From assembly GCA_021817255.1 (NCBI GenBank), contig JAKAVO010000001.1, forward strand, positions 42,536-106,535: a stretch of DNA of 64,000 bases, written 5' to 3'. This DNA is from Thermoplasmata archaeon (GTDB taxonomy: Archaea; Thermoplasmatota; Thermoplasmata; Thermoplasmatales; Thermoplasmataceae). The translations under genes were made by a program, and so were the position numbers. Each line of letters starts with the position of its first letter. The first letter of the stretch is position 1. The notes below the pieces were generated by a model. That model worked only from the letters and a program-made list of their open reading frames with translations, did not search any database and had not been told where the DNA came from. Of the stretch, positions 40,977 through 51,418 are shown piece by piece.

Positions 40977-41858
40977 TTGTTATTTATGAAAGCGGAAAAG
41001 CTCTTAGATGAAATCTCATTTGCAGATCTGAAATCAATTGCGAAGAAAGCAGGTCTGGAAACAATCCCCAGAGCATATAAGAAAGAAGATCTCAAAAAGT
41101 ACATTATTGAAAATTCTAATGAAAAACAGAGAGAGGCATGGATCAAAGAACTGAAACATTCGGCCCCGGATCAAAAAGGAAAGGAGAATGAGAAAAACAA
41201 AAAGCCAGTCCAGAAAGAAAGTTTCTCCAGGAAGGAGCATATAGTTGATTTACAGAAAGAAAAGATTCATAGAATTGCTGTTGAAGCTGCCTGCGAACTG
41301 TTCAATGAACCAATGCCAAAGGGTACAGGCGTGGGTTTTTACGATGGAATGAGTGACAAACTGCTTAAGCAATTGTTCGAAATATTCGTAAAGAAACTGG
41401 ACGATCCAGATGGGAAATATTTTGAATTAAGAAGTGCAAACTGGCTCGTCTACCGAATCAAGGAGATAGGTGCCATGAGAACAAGGCATACGCTTCCAGG
41501 TTCCCAGGAATTAAGGATGATAGGTTTTGATGTTGAAGGATTGCCATATTTGATTGGGGAATTTTCAGACAAAGGAGAGGCTGAAAGCGATTTCAAAAGA
41601 GCGATAGAAAATGCAAGAAGAGTGCTCGACAACTATGGGCAGAAATTAATTAAAAAATACAAGAAAGCATGGATGAGGGTATATTTCTTTGTCCCCGGTG
41701 AACAATCAGAAAACCTGCTAAAAATAATAAAGGAAGACAAAACAATAGACAATGAAGGAATCCAAAGGGTAAAAAGGGGGTTCCTGAAGACTGACCATTT
41801 CATCAAAATATCAGCATTCAGGGTTAATGGAAACAAGTACGAGGAAATCCATCTTTAA
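40977..41858 (+). CDS. Hypothetical protein: HEH/Rho-N-like N-terminus + restriction-endonuclease-like C-terminus
   Basis: DLKSIAKKAGL...KKEDL pattern; GKYFE...ELRMIGFD...IGEFS pattern. Confidence 0.5.
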   Translation: MLFMKAEKLLDEISFADLKSIAKKAGLETIPRAYKKEDLKKYIIENSNEKQREAWIKELKHSAPDQKGKENEKNKKPVQKESFSRKEHIVDLQKEKIHRIAVEAACELFNEPMPKGTGVGFYDGMSDKLLKQLFEIFVKKLDDPDGKYFELRSANWLVYRIKEIGAMRTRHTLPGSQELRMIGFDVEGLPYLIGEFSDKGEAESDFKRAIENARRVLDNYGQKLIKKYKKAWMRVYFFVPGEQSENLLKIIKEDKTIDNEGIQRVKRGFLKTDHFIKISAFRVNGNKYEEIHL

Positions 41859-41866
41859 TTCAGGAA

Positions 41867-42823
41867 TCATAAATTCCGATTGTTTATGATTCTAAGATGG
41901 ACCCGCCTTGCCATCTCTATCATTGGCCTTATGAGTAGTTCTGCACTTCCTGCAATGAAAAGGTAAACGCCAGTTACTACATTTGCAGAGGGGAAAATGG
42001 TTGCAGGAAGGAATTCAAAACTGCCAATTAGAAACTCAATTCCAACAAGAACATCATTGCCTATTGAAAGATAAGAATACATTCCCATAACTCTTGATGC
42101 TTTTCGATCCATTTTTTGAAATTTTCTCATTTTTTTGTCCACATCAGCGCTTGAAATGACAGAGCGAAAATCAAGAAGAAGTTCGTACAAAGATCCGGAA
42201 ACCAACAGGTTGTAAGAACCATCAAGAAGCGCAGTCTTTCTCACCTCGCTTAAATTTGCAACGTATGAATATCCGCCATTGCCATAGAAACCCCGCTTGA
42301 TCATGAAAATAAGCTCTATGAACCACTTCCTTTTCGCATATTCCGCATACTGAAATTTCCTGTTGGCATTCATGAGCATTCTGTCCAGATATTCCTGAAC
42401 CCTCCTGTCATTGTAAAACCTCTCAGACAGAACCACTGGTATAAGGGCCCTTTCCTTTCCCCCAAAGGCATGCTCTTCAGAATAGAATTTAGATGAAAGG
42501 ATGAGATCAACAAGGGAAGGTTCCAGGCGGAAAGACATAGAAATGTTGGCAACAATTGAAACGGTTGAAATTTTTGAAAGGGCATCCTCCATAACGCTAT
42601 CCCCGATTTCAACATCTGACGATGGGAAATATGTAAACGCATCTTTCTCCGAAAAATCTCCAAGCATTTTTCTTTCCCTCAATCTGGATACAGCATTTTC
42701 AGAATTTTCTCCGGACACATACTCATACGACTCAATGAATTCCTTCCATGTTACGCCTGAGTTATATTCTCCCTCATGCAAAAGTTGTGCCATATAAAGA
42801 AATAGTTCCTCATTGTCCTCCAT
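41867..42823 (-). CDS. Protein with C-terminal YrhK-like membrane domain
   Basis: YSYLSIGND...FLIGSFEFL...GVYLFIAGS..LI.P motif. Confidence 0.7.
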   Translation of the reverse strand: MEDNEELFLYMAQLLHEGEYNSGVTWKEFIESYEYVSGENSENAVSRLRERKMLGDFSEKDAFTYFPSSDVEIGDSVMEDALSKISTVSIVANISMSFRLEPSLVDLILSSKFYSEEHAFGGKERALIPVVLSERFYNDRRVQEYLDRMLMNANRKFQYAEYAKRKWFIELIFMIKRGFYGNGGYSYVANLSEVRKTALLDGSYNLLVSGSLYELLLDFRSVISSADVDKKMRKFQKMDRKASRVMGMYSYLSIGNDVLVGIEFLIGSFEFLPATIFPSANVVTGVYLFIAGSAELLIRPMIEMARRVHLRIINNRNL

Positions 42824-42924
42824 AGCTTTCCATAAATTTTTGCTATTTTACATTATCCCAATTTTCCGCTTTTTCACAACGAATTCTTCACTAAATTTTA
42901 TTAGTCCAATAGAAATTTGTGAAA

Positions 42925-44067
42925 ATGAAGAAGGGTTTTCTCGTCATTGGAATACTTATAATGTCGATGAATTCTCTTTACCAGTATTCCTGGAATGTCT
43001 TTGAACCGCTTCTAAAATCCGGGCTAGGTGTAACTCTTGTACAGGTACAGGTAGGTTTCACGCTGTTTGCCATATTCTCTACAGGGTTTCAGGGAATTGG
43101 TGGGTATTTTGCTGACAAGAACGGCCCAAGAAATATTGGCATTCTCTCTTCGATGTTATCAGCAGCAGGTTTTATTGGAACATCGTTTAGCCCAAATCTT
43201 GCGGCTTTTTACATATTCTGGTCACTTGGAAGCATTGGGGAGGGGATACTGTATGGAATTGCAACCAATCTTGCAGTGAAATGGTTCAAGGAGAATCGCG
43301 GCCTCGCGGTTGGATTTGTGTCATTTGGGTTTGGGCTTGGGGCCGCAGTTGCCAATGTTTTCCTGGCGATGTCAAGGAGTTTCAGGGAACCAATGCTCAT
43401 TATAGGCCTTTCTGAGTTAGTCTTATTCCCTATCCTGATCAGTTTCGTTAAATATCCTCAGGCACAAACTACCGGCAATAAGCCTTCAAGAAACCTGAAG
43501 AATAGAAAATTCTGGATTCTATATGTCTCATTTGTTCTGGGAGCAATGCCCCTAATCGTTTTATCGTCATCCATTGGATTCCTTGGTGGCAGAATTTCCA
43601 CTTTTGAATTTGCAATTATTGTTTCTCTCTTCCCGCTGCTTAGCGGAGTTAGCAGGCCAATCCTGGGATTTGTATCTGATCGCATTGGCAGGATCAGGAT
43701 GGTATTCATAATCAACATTTTCCTTATGGCTGGCACGCTTCTACTGTTAAGCGGGTTTCTAATAGAATCTATAATACTTATAGGATTCTTTGGCGGTTCT
43801 ATGATCTCCCAGTACATGTCACTCATAGGAGACCTGTTCGGAACAAGATTTTCAACATCCAACAATGGTGTATTCTACACGGGAAAGGCAATTTCCGGAT
43901 TCATGGGCAGCACAATATTTGCTGCACTTTTTGCAGTTAATAAATCAGAATCATTTCTATTTGTGCTGATATGCATCATGCTTGCGATTGTATTTCTGGC
44001 ATTATCGACCTATGACAAACAACACAGAAAAGAAAACCCAATTGAGAACATATATAATTTTCCATGA
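42925..44067 (+). CDS. MFS transporter, oxalate/formate antiporter (OFA) family
   Basis: QYSW, GYFADKNGPR, KWF...RGLA.G and SDRIGR motifs; about 12 TM helices. Confidence 0.88.
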   Translation: MKKGFLVIGILIMSMNSLYQYSWNVFEPLLKSGLGVTLVQVQVGFTLFAIFSTGFQGIGGYFADKNGPRNIGILSSMLSAAGFIGTSFSPNLAAFYIFWSLGSIGEGILYGIATNLAVKWFKENRGLAVGFVSFGFGLGAAVANVFLAMSRSFREPMLIIGLSELVLFPILISFVKYPQAQTTGNKPSRNLKNRKFWILYVSFVLGAMPLIVLSSSIGFLGGRISTFEFAIIVSLFPLLSGVSRPILGFVSDRIGRIRMVFIINIFLMAGTLLLLSGFLIESIILIGFFGGSMISQYMSLIGDLFGTRFSTSNNGVFYTGKAISGFMGSTIFAALFAVNKSESFLFVLICIMLAIVFLALSTYDKQHRKENPIENIYNFP

Positions 44068-44090
44068 AAAGCCTGATTTTTCCTAAATTT

Positions 44091-44918
44091 TTATTCATGG
44101 CTGTTGAAGAGTAGCTTGTCCAACCCTCTCACAAGCCCGGTGAATGCCCTTACCTTCCTTACTGCCAGCAAAGTGCCTTCAACATAAGTTTTTGGATCCG
44201 TCCCCGCATCGAACTTCATGGTGAGCCTTTCATCCTTTCCTCCAAAAATAACATCAGTTCCAATAATGAAACCGGGCAATCTTACGGAATGAACTCTATT
44301 CCCCCTTATGTTAGCACCCCTGCTGCCTTTAATCCCGCTCATCGTTTCATCAGTTATCTTTACCTCGGGCGGCCTGAAGGATGACAACCTGTTCGCAATT
44401 TCATAGGCAGTCCCACTGGGGGAATCCACCTTTTCCCATGATGCATAGTCAATTATTTCCCAGCTGGGCAGGTATTTTGTAGCAATACTGGAGAAATGAA
44501 GAAGCAGCGCTGCGGAGATGGCAAAGTTGCCTGCTGCAAAGACTCCTAATCTTTGGGCTTTAGCCATATGGTCAATATCAGCGTAATCTTCATCAGTCAG
44601 GCCTGAGGTTCCAACCACAACACTTACACCATGTTTCAGGGCATAGAGCACATTGGATTTAACAGCTTCTGGAGAGGTATAGTCAATGAGAACGTCCGTT
44701 TCTGCCATTAATGCATCATTAACTGATGATGAAAACTTCAGCCCTGTTCTGTAACATTCAAAAAAATCTTTCACTTTCGTGCCTGAATATGTTCTTGAAA
44801 TTGCACCTGTAAGATTCATATCCTTAGATCCAAGGACTGCAGGTGTTAAAGCTTTGCCAATCCATCCGGTTGCTCCTGCTATGCAAACATTAATCTTTTT
44901 CACAATAATTGATCTCAA
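44091..44918 (-). CDS. dapB: Dihydrodipicolinate reductase-like protein
   Basis: GATGWIG, DVLIDYT, VVGTSG, K.DSPSGTA and HSVRLPG motifs; catalytic HH motif replaced (DYAS). Confidence 0.75.
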   Translation of the reverse strand: MRSIIVKKINVCIAGATGWIGKALTPAVLGSKDMNLTGAISRTYSGTKVKDFFECYRTGLKFSSSVNDALMAETDVLIDYTSPEAVKSNVLYALKHGVSVVVGTSGLTDEDYADIDHMAKAQRLGVFAAGNFAISAALLLHFSSIATKYLPSWEIIDYASWEKVDSPSGTAYEIANRLSSFRPPEVKITDETMSGIKGSRGANIRGNRVHSVRLPGFIIGTDVIFGGKDERLTMKFDAGTDPKTYVEGTLLAVRKVRAFTGLVRGLDKLLFNSHE

Positions 44919-45196
44919 GATACTATGAATAATTGTCTATTGAATGGAAAAATTAAATACAGAATCTTGGATTTTTTTCATTATTACATTTTATTCGCCT
45001 GGGCAAAAGAATATTTCAGCCAGTGCCCTGGAAATCACTGTATCTTGCACAACAAAAACGACATATGGAAAACTGCAGAGGAAAAGGAATTGATTATGGC
45101 AGGAAAACATGAAAATCATATCGGAGAGGTTTCAGGTTCGGAAACATTGAAAATTTTGAAAAAATAACCTAATATACTAATTTTTCATGGCGAATT

Positions 45197-46135
45197 ATGG
45201 AATATACAGCCCTTGGGCATAATGAGAAATTAAGAGTATCAAAGATCGGAACTGGATTATGGCAGGCAAGCAACGCATGGAATGCAGTTGAAGAAGATGT
45301 TATTGAAGCGGTTGGCACAGCGAAGGAAAAGGGAATAAATTTTCTTGATACAGCTGAAGCTTATGGAAAGGGAAACAGCGAAAGGGTGCTTGGAAAAGCA
45401 TTAAAGGAATATGGCAGGGAGAATTTTTTTGTAGCCACAAAAGTTGCAGGGGCACACTTAAGGTATGATGAGCTTCAGAGGGCTGCCAGTGCAAGCATTA
45501 AGCGGCTTGGCGTAGATTATATTGATCTTTACCAGATTCACTGGCCAGACCCATGGGAGCAGATTCCCATGAGCCAGACGTTCAGGGCTATGAAAAAACT
45601 TCATGAGGAAGGCAAAATCAGGGCGGTAGGTGTAAGCAACTTTGCAGTGAGAGATATGGAAGAAGCCCGGGGAATTCTTGGCGATCTTCCAATAGTTTCA
45701 AACCAGGTGAGATACAACCTGCTCCAGAGAAATATAGAGGAAGAAGTTGTCCCTTTCTGTAAAAAGAATAACATCAGCATAATTGCCTGGAGCCCACTGG
45801 CACAGGGAGTCCTGACAGGAAAGTACAGCCCTGAAAATATACCAAATGGTGATGTCAGAGAAGGAAACGAGCTCTTTGCACCAAAAAACCTTGAGAAAGC
45901 AAAGGAAATTCTTTCAATGTTAAAATCACTTGGTGAAAAGTATTCAAAAACCCCCGCACAGATTGCTTTAAACTGGTTAGCATCCAAGAAAGACGTGATT
46001 CCCATTCCCGGAGCAAAAAACAGCAAACAGGCAATGGAAAATGCAGATTCAGTATCATTCAAGCTTACAGGCAGGGAAATTTCAGAAATGGAATCTCTTT
46101 CCAGCGCAACAATCTTCGATTACCTCCCGGCATAA
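45197..46135 (+). CDS. Aldo/keto reductase
   Basis: DTAEAYG, ATK, DLYQIHWPD, GVSNF, WSPLAQG and IPIPG motifs. Confidence 0.93.
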   Translation: MEYTALGHNEKLRVSKIGTGLWQASNAWNAVEEDVIEAVGTAKEKGINFLDTAEAYGKGNSERVLGKALKEYGRENFFVATKVAGAHLRYDELQRAASASIKRLGVDYIDLYQIHWPDPWEQIPMSQTFRAMKKLHEEGKIRAVGVSNFAVRDMEEARGILGDLPIVSNQVRYNLLQRNIEEEVVPFCKKNNISIIAWSPLAQGVLTGKYSPENIPNGDVREGNELFAPKNLEKAKEILSMLKSLGEKYSKTPAQIALNWLASKKDVIPIPGAKNSKQAMENADSVSFKLTGREISEMESLSSATIFDYLPA

Positions 46136-46192
46136 TGCAACAAAAATGTTACGCACTATTCCTCAGGCAATATTTTCCGGCCGGCGCAGATT

Positions 46193-47404
46193 TCAATTAT
46201 GCCTTTCAATGTGATCGGGGAGTTCCACTGAATCAGCCTGGAGGAATTCTGCAAGTGAGTCTATAGATGAAAGCAACTTTTTCTTTATTTCCGGATTGGA
46301 GAAGTTATTTCCCTCGTCGTGAATCGCATTTACCTTCAGCGTCTTTTTCTTTCTATCCAGCAGGGGGTCTATCCTTCCAACTATCCTTTCACCGTACAGG
46401 AATGGCATGGTGTAAAAGCCATATTTTCTTTTATTTTTGGGAACATACAATTCCATTCGCCCATCAAAATTGAAAATTTCCATAGTCCTCTTCCTGTCTA
46501 TGGTCAGGTTGTCAAACGGGGAAAGCAATGTTGATTTCTTTTTCCAGGCTCTGCCTGCCTTTTCAAGATTGGAAACATCTTCCCTGCGTATGTACCACGT
46601 CTTAGCCCTGGATGAATCCGGAATTGAAATTTTCACGGGAATTATTAATGATTCCTCCAGGAGGGCCCGAACGGTTTCCATGGCATTTGAAATCCTCATA
46701 GGAATGTAATGCCCCACTACCTGATCTCGTGAAGCGATCCCAAGAGCTCCTAAAGAATTCAGGAAAGTTTGTTTCTCGGCTTCAGTTCTATCAACAGGAT
46801 TTGAAAATTCGGGTTCCCTGAAGAAATTCTCTGAATTGTCCCACACCTTCTGATTGGACGGGGTCCTGCCACATATTGCGATGTCTCCCATCCTGTGCAT
46901 CAGATCAAGAAGCAAATTCACTTTCCTTTCATGCCCCCAGCCTCCAAGGGCAACATTTGTTTTTAACTCAGATAGTTTGCTTGAGATCAAGGGACCGGAC
47001 ACTTCTATTTGCCGTTTAATATCTTTTACATGTTTCTTAAGTTCTGGCCGCGTTCTTAAAATTAGTTCTCTTCTTTCCTGCATGCCCATTCTTAACAAGG
47101 GCAAATCGCCATTAATTGAAATTGTGGCAGAATGTGCATAGAATTCAACAAGCCTGCGCTCTCTGTAAATAAGGTCCTGAAGGCTCTGCCGGTGGAATTT
47201 TCCAATTCTGCTCCACAGGGTAAGATTATGGCTTCTTTCTACAACATTGGTAGGATCCAGCTGAATATATTTAATATCCTTAAAAACGTCCAAAATTTTC
47301 GATTTATCGTCTGCATATTTGGGAGAAGTTCCAGAAAGATGCTGCCTCATAATGGAGAAGCGTGCAACGTCTTTCATTGATACCTGCAATTCATCAACAT
47401 TCAT
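46193..47404 (-). CDS. YcaQ/AlkZ (HTH_42) family DNA crosslink-repair glycosylase
   Basis: IQLDP (QxD), LWSR, LLSPFDNL and RKYGFY motifs. Confidence 0.88.
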   Translation of the reverse strand: MNVDELQVSMKDVARFSIMRQHLSGTSPKYADDKSKILDVFKDIKYIQLDPTNVVERSHNLTLWSRIGKFHRQSLQDLIYRERRLVEFYAHSATISINGDLPLLRMGMQERRELILRTRPELKKHVKDIKRQIEVSGPLISSKLSELKTNVALGGWGHERKVNLLLDLMHRMGDIAICGRTPSNQKVWDNSENFFREPEFSNPVDRTEAEKQTFLNSLGALGIASRDQVVGHYIPMRISNAMETVRALLEESLIIPVKISIPDSSRAKTWYIRREDVSNLEKAGRAWKKKSTLLSPFDNLTIDRKRTMEIFNFDGRMELYVPKNKRKYGFYTMPFLYGERIVGRIDPLLDRKKKTLKVNAIHDEGNNFSNPEIKKKLLSSIDSLAEFLQADSVELPDHIERHN

Positions 47405-47693
47405 CCTTCAGTAAGATGCAGAATATTCTATTAAATGCTTGGTAGTTTCGGAATATTGAAGGAAGAGGGGATGTTGTCTCAAGATTTGGATATGGCAAAA
47501 CATCGTTGCAGGTGGGACATGGCTGAACAGCAAACACAGTGAGTGCCAGACAGTGCAAATGGCAGTTCTTAAGTGTAGAATAATTTAATTCAAGTAATAT
47601 TTAATTTGAACCGGAAAAAACAATTCACATGTAAGGCTAATCGTTTATCTAAACAAAAAAAATATATCATTACACTAAAAAAAGGTGTTAATT

Positions 47694-48110
47694 ATGGCGG
47701 AAAAAGGGGTTTCGATTGTTATTTCTTCCGGAACGGAAGAGAAGATGGTTATGTTGGGTGTTTTAAGCCAAACAACAGTAAATCTTGGGATGCAATTGAG
47801 GATTTTCGTAACTGGTACGGCAATTCCTCTCTTTCTCAAAGATGGATACAAGAAACATTCAGTGGTTCCAGCTGGTTTTGACGGTTTCATGAAAGATCTT
47901 CGCGAAGGCCTGGCTAAAGTCAAGTTCGAGGGATGGCATGAACTCTTGCAAAACTGTGTAAAAGATGGTGGTGCAAAGATATACGTATGTTCATTGATGT
48001 CCAGCGCGCTGAACATCCAGAAAAAGGATCTGGATCCAATGGTTGACGACCTTGTCGGAGCAACAAGTTTTATGATTCAGTCAGGGGAAAGCCAGTTAAT
48101 GGTATTGTGA
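47694..48110 (+). CDS. DsrE/DsrF family sulfur carrier protein
   Basis: IFVTG, IYVCS and VGATSF motifs; operon with tusA and sqr. Confidence 0.8.
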   Translation: MAEKGVSIVISSGTEEKMVMLGVLSQTTVNLGMQLRIFVTGTAIPLFLKDGYKKHSVVPAGFDGFMKDLREGLAKVKFEGWHELLQNCVKDGGAKIYVCSLMSSALNIQKKDLDPMVDDLVGATSFMIQSGESQLMVL

Positions 48111-48120
48111 GGTGATAAAA

Positions 48121-48357
48121 ATGACAACATTTAATGTAGATAGTAGAGGAACAGCATGCCCGGGGCCCATAACAGATCTTTTAAGGGCATATAAAAAGTC
48201 GCAGAACGGAGACACGATCATCCTGCTTGCGAACGATCCTGGAGCCGTACCAGACACGAAGACATGGTGCGAGATGACAAAAAACGAATTTGCAGGTTCA
48301 AAGCAAGTTGAAGATGCTTTCGAAATAACAGTAAAGGTGGCATCCAAAAAAGCTTAA
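48121..48357 (+). CDS. tusA: TusA family sulfur carrier
   Basis: DSRGTACPGP and DP...D...WC motifs; GAGGTGA RBS. Confidence 0.9.
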   Translation: MTTFNVDSRGTACPGPITDLLRAYKKSQNGDTIILLANDPGAVPDTKTWCEMTKNEFAGSKQVEDAFEITVKVASKKA

Positions 48358-48368
48358 AGTGGTGAAGA

Positions 48369-49583
48369 ATGAAAAAAATAGCAGTAATTGGAAGTGGTGC
48401 TGGAGGTTTAATTACTTCCAGCAAATTGGCAAAGGATCTTTATAAGGAGATCAAGAATGGTGAAGTGAGCATAACTATCTTCGACAAAAGGACGGATCAG
48501 GAGTTCCAGCCGGGATATCTTGAAGTTGCATTTCGAGGAACAGATCCGTCAAAGATAAGAAGGCCTATAGACAAACTGATTTCTCCAGGAGTACAGGTTG
48601 TGCATAAAAACATTGAAAAAGTTGATCTTGCCGAAAGATATGTGAAGACAGAGGGTGATGGCGGCGAGAAGGTTGATTTCGATTATATCGTAATATCAAC
48701 AGGAGCTTCACCGGATAATGACCAGATAGACGGGCTTAAAGAAGCAAATATGGACTTCCATACCAGTGCAAACAAATCAAGCCTCATCTATAATCAAGTT
48801 TCGAAAATAAAATCCGGCAGAATCGTTGTTGGAATAGGTGGAGTTCCATACAAATGCCCTCCATCACCAAACGAATCGGCATTTATGCTTGATGAATATT
48901 TCAGGAAAGCAGGCATAAGGGACAAGGTGGAAATAACATACGTCACTCCATTCACAAGGATCTATTCGGCAGAAACCATAAATGAAGTTATAGCGCCCAT
49001 GTACGAAAGCAGGAATATAGAAAGCATCACAGTTTTTAATACAGATACAGTGGACTCGAAAAAGAAGGAAATCACTTCCATAGAAGGTGAAACATTGAAA
49101 TACGACTATCTATATCTTACACCACCTCACAAAACTGCAGGTTTCCTCAAAGAATCAGAAATTGTGGATGAAGATGGATGGGTAAAGGTCGATAAGAAGG
49201 ATATGCATATAACCACGTACGACAATGGCTTTGCAATAGGCGACACTACAAATATACCAATATCCAAGGCAGGGGTCGAGGCCCACCTTGAGGGAATAGT
49301 TGTTGCAAACAATATAACCGGAGACATCAATGGAACAGGAAGGGCTTATAAATTTACAGGAAGAACTCAATGTTCAATGGAAACAGGATTTCACAAAGCA
49401 ACATTTGTCGTTGGAACATATGACAGGCCAGTGGAAAAAATACAGCCATCAACCATGAATTACATGGAAAAAAAGGTTATGGAGAAGATTTACTGGAGTT
49501 CGCTCCATGGACATTATGAATGGCTATTCAAGCATCATTTCAAAGAAGATTACTTTGAGCACCAGGAACCCATTGCACATTAA
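48369..49583 (+). CDS. sqr: Sulfide:quinone oxidoreductase-like flavoprotein
   Basis: GSGAGG, QPG, YKCPPSPNE, IGD.T...SKAG and TQCSMETG motifs. Confidence 0.8.
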   Translation: MKKIAVIGSGAGGLITSSKLAKDLYKEIKNGEVSITIFDKRTDQEFQPGYLEVAFRGTDPSKIRRPIDKLISPGVQVVHKNIEKVDLAERYVKTEGDGGEKVDFDYIVISTGASPDNDQIDGLKEANMDFHTSANKSSLIYNQVSKIKSGRIVVGIGGVPYKCPPSPNESAFMLDEYFRKAGIRDKVEITYVTPFTRIYSAETINEVIAPMYESRNIESITVFNTDTVDSKKKEITSIEGETLKYDYLYLTPPHKTAGFLKESEIVDEDGWVKVDKKDMHITTYDNGFAIGDTTNIPISKAGVEAHLEGIVVANNITGDINGTGRAYKFTGRTQCSMETGFHKATFVVGTYDRPVEKIQPSTMNYMEKKVMEKIYWSSLHGHYEWLFKHHFKEDYFEHQEPIAH

Positions 49584-49766
49584 AATCCGGCCTTAGAGGA
49601 TTCCTGACAACCTTTCTCCCAGGGCCACATTATTTATTCATTGAAGAAGCAAGTTGCAGTATAAGTGTTTTATCCGGACATGTTTTGGGGAACATCACTC
49701 CACGATAAAAAATGAAAATTCAATGGCTTTTCAAAATCCTCATTTATCACTCTGTTATATTCATTC

Positions 49767-50318
49767 ATGGCAACCGTTTCAAAAAACGCAGTACTTGTGC
49801 TCATCGACATCCAAAAGGGATTCGATGAACCTCATTGGGGAAAAAGAAATAACCCTGATGCTGAGAAAATCATGATTGGTGTGCTACACAATTTCCGCTT
49901 AAATTCCAGGAAAATTATACACGTCAGGCATGACTCACTGGAACAATCATCTCCACTGAAGAGTGGAAAACCGGGTTTCGAATTCAAGGACGGTTTTCTG
50001 CCCCTTGAACATGAAAACGTGATAACAAAGCACGTAAACAGTGCGTTTATAGGGACAGATCTTGAGAAGCTGCTCATTTCATTGGGGAACCCGGAAGTTT
50101 ATATCATAGGGCTGACCACCGAGCATTGCATAAGCACTACTGCAAGGATGTCGGGAAATCTTGGGTTCAAAACATCTGTAATCAGGGATGCTTGTGCCGC
50201 CCACGAGAAGACAATGGATGGAAAACAGATCCCTGCAGACACTGTTCATATGGAAAATCTGGCGTCAATTAAAGAAGAATTCGCACAGATTCCATGGTCA
50301 CATGAGCTTGAATTCTGA
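49767..50318 (+). CDS. Isochorismatase-family cysteine hydrolase
   Basis: IDIQKGF, K..NSAF.GT and TEHCISTTAR motifs. Confidence 0.9.
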   Translation: MATVSKNAVLVLIDIQKGFDEPHWGKRNNPDAEKIMIGVLHNFRLNSRKIIHVRHDSLEQSSPLKSGKPGFEFKDGFLPLEHENVITKHVNSAFIGTDLEKLLISLGNPEVYIIGLTTEHCISTTARMSGNLGFKTSVIRDACAAHEKTMDGKQIPADTVHMENLASIKEEFAQIPWSHELEF

Positions 50319-50425
50319 TCATTAAGAATAAGGACGTCAGAAAAATACCACGTTAACCACCCACCTAACTTAAACAAAAATGAGTCTTCACCATATTTAT
50401 TATTAGGATTCGTTATTTCTTAATA

Positions 50426-51142
50426 ATGAGATTTAAAAGTGTTGTACTTGTTCCTGGTGCATGGCTTGGAGCGTAGGTTTGGAAAAAAACTCCACTGCTT
50501 GAGAACCATGGTTATGATGCATGCCCGGTTGCATTGACCGGTATGGGGGAGAGGAAATCTTGCGTCAAAGGATATCAACGTGGAACTGCCATACAGGACG
50601 TTCTGAACATTATAGAATACAACGATCTTAATGATTTAATTCTTGTGGGCATAGTTTTGCTGGAAGGTTTGTTTCAGCAGTTTCAGACAGAATAATGGGG
50701 AAAATAAAGTTGACACCATATCTGGATGCATTCGTGTCAAGCAATATAAGAACACCACAGGGGGATTCAATCCCGAATTGGAACACGGCGCGATTCCTCC
50801 CGGAGTTTACGTGATACCCTTAACTGACAGAATAATAGAAGATATAGGAAGTGATGTCAGGGGAAATGCCAGGGAATGGATGCTCGAAAAGGGGACTGTT
50901 TGGCCAATAAGGCTTGCAACAGATCCAATAGTGCTTTCAGATAAATATGATACTGTCAAAATAGCCTACATATTCTGCATAATGGACCGAGATGGCAAAA
51001 TTGCCGAAGAAATTTCCAAGAAATTAAAAGCGATCTTGAAAAGCATGTTGGCACTTATAAAACGATTGAAACAGGGCACTGGCCCATGGTAACAATACCT
51101 GAAGAATTTGTACAATACATGGTTGAACTTATGGAAAAATAA
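50426..51142 (+). pseudogene. Disrupted alpha/beta hydrolase (methylesterase-like)
   Basis: VLVPGAWLGA then premature TAG; LTGMG; frameshifted GHSFAG; YLDAF; terminal GHWPM in different frames. Confidence 0.8.
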
Positions 51143-51418
51143 TCGTTCACCTCTAAAATCGGGGGTAACCTGAATTTTCACGTGGAGATGTGACGCTCTT
51201 TGAGAAAGAAAGGGTGACATCGTGAATAAGCAAGCACAAAAGGCAAAAGCTTGATAATTTGCATATAAGTAGAGATCCGCCCTCTTCACTTATGTCTGGT
51301 CAGTGGACAGAACGTTATATGGAGCCCAATCATAACAAGTTCACTCGTTCTCATATTCCCTTACAAGGACGCATCAGGACTTATCACTCAAGATAGTTAA
51401 AATATTTGGTAGATTGGA

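Noticed and set aside
50778-51092. 104-aa ORF as an independent gene
   Set aside because: It is a fragment of the frameshifted alpha/beta hydrolase pseudogene
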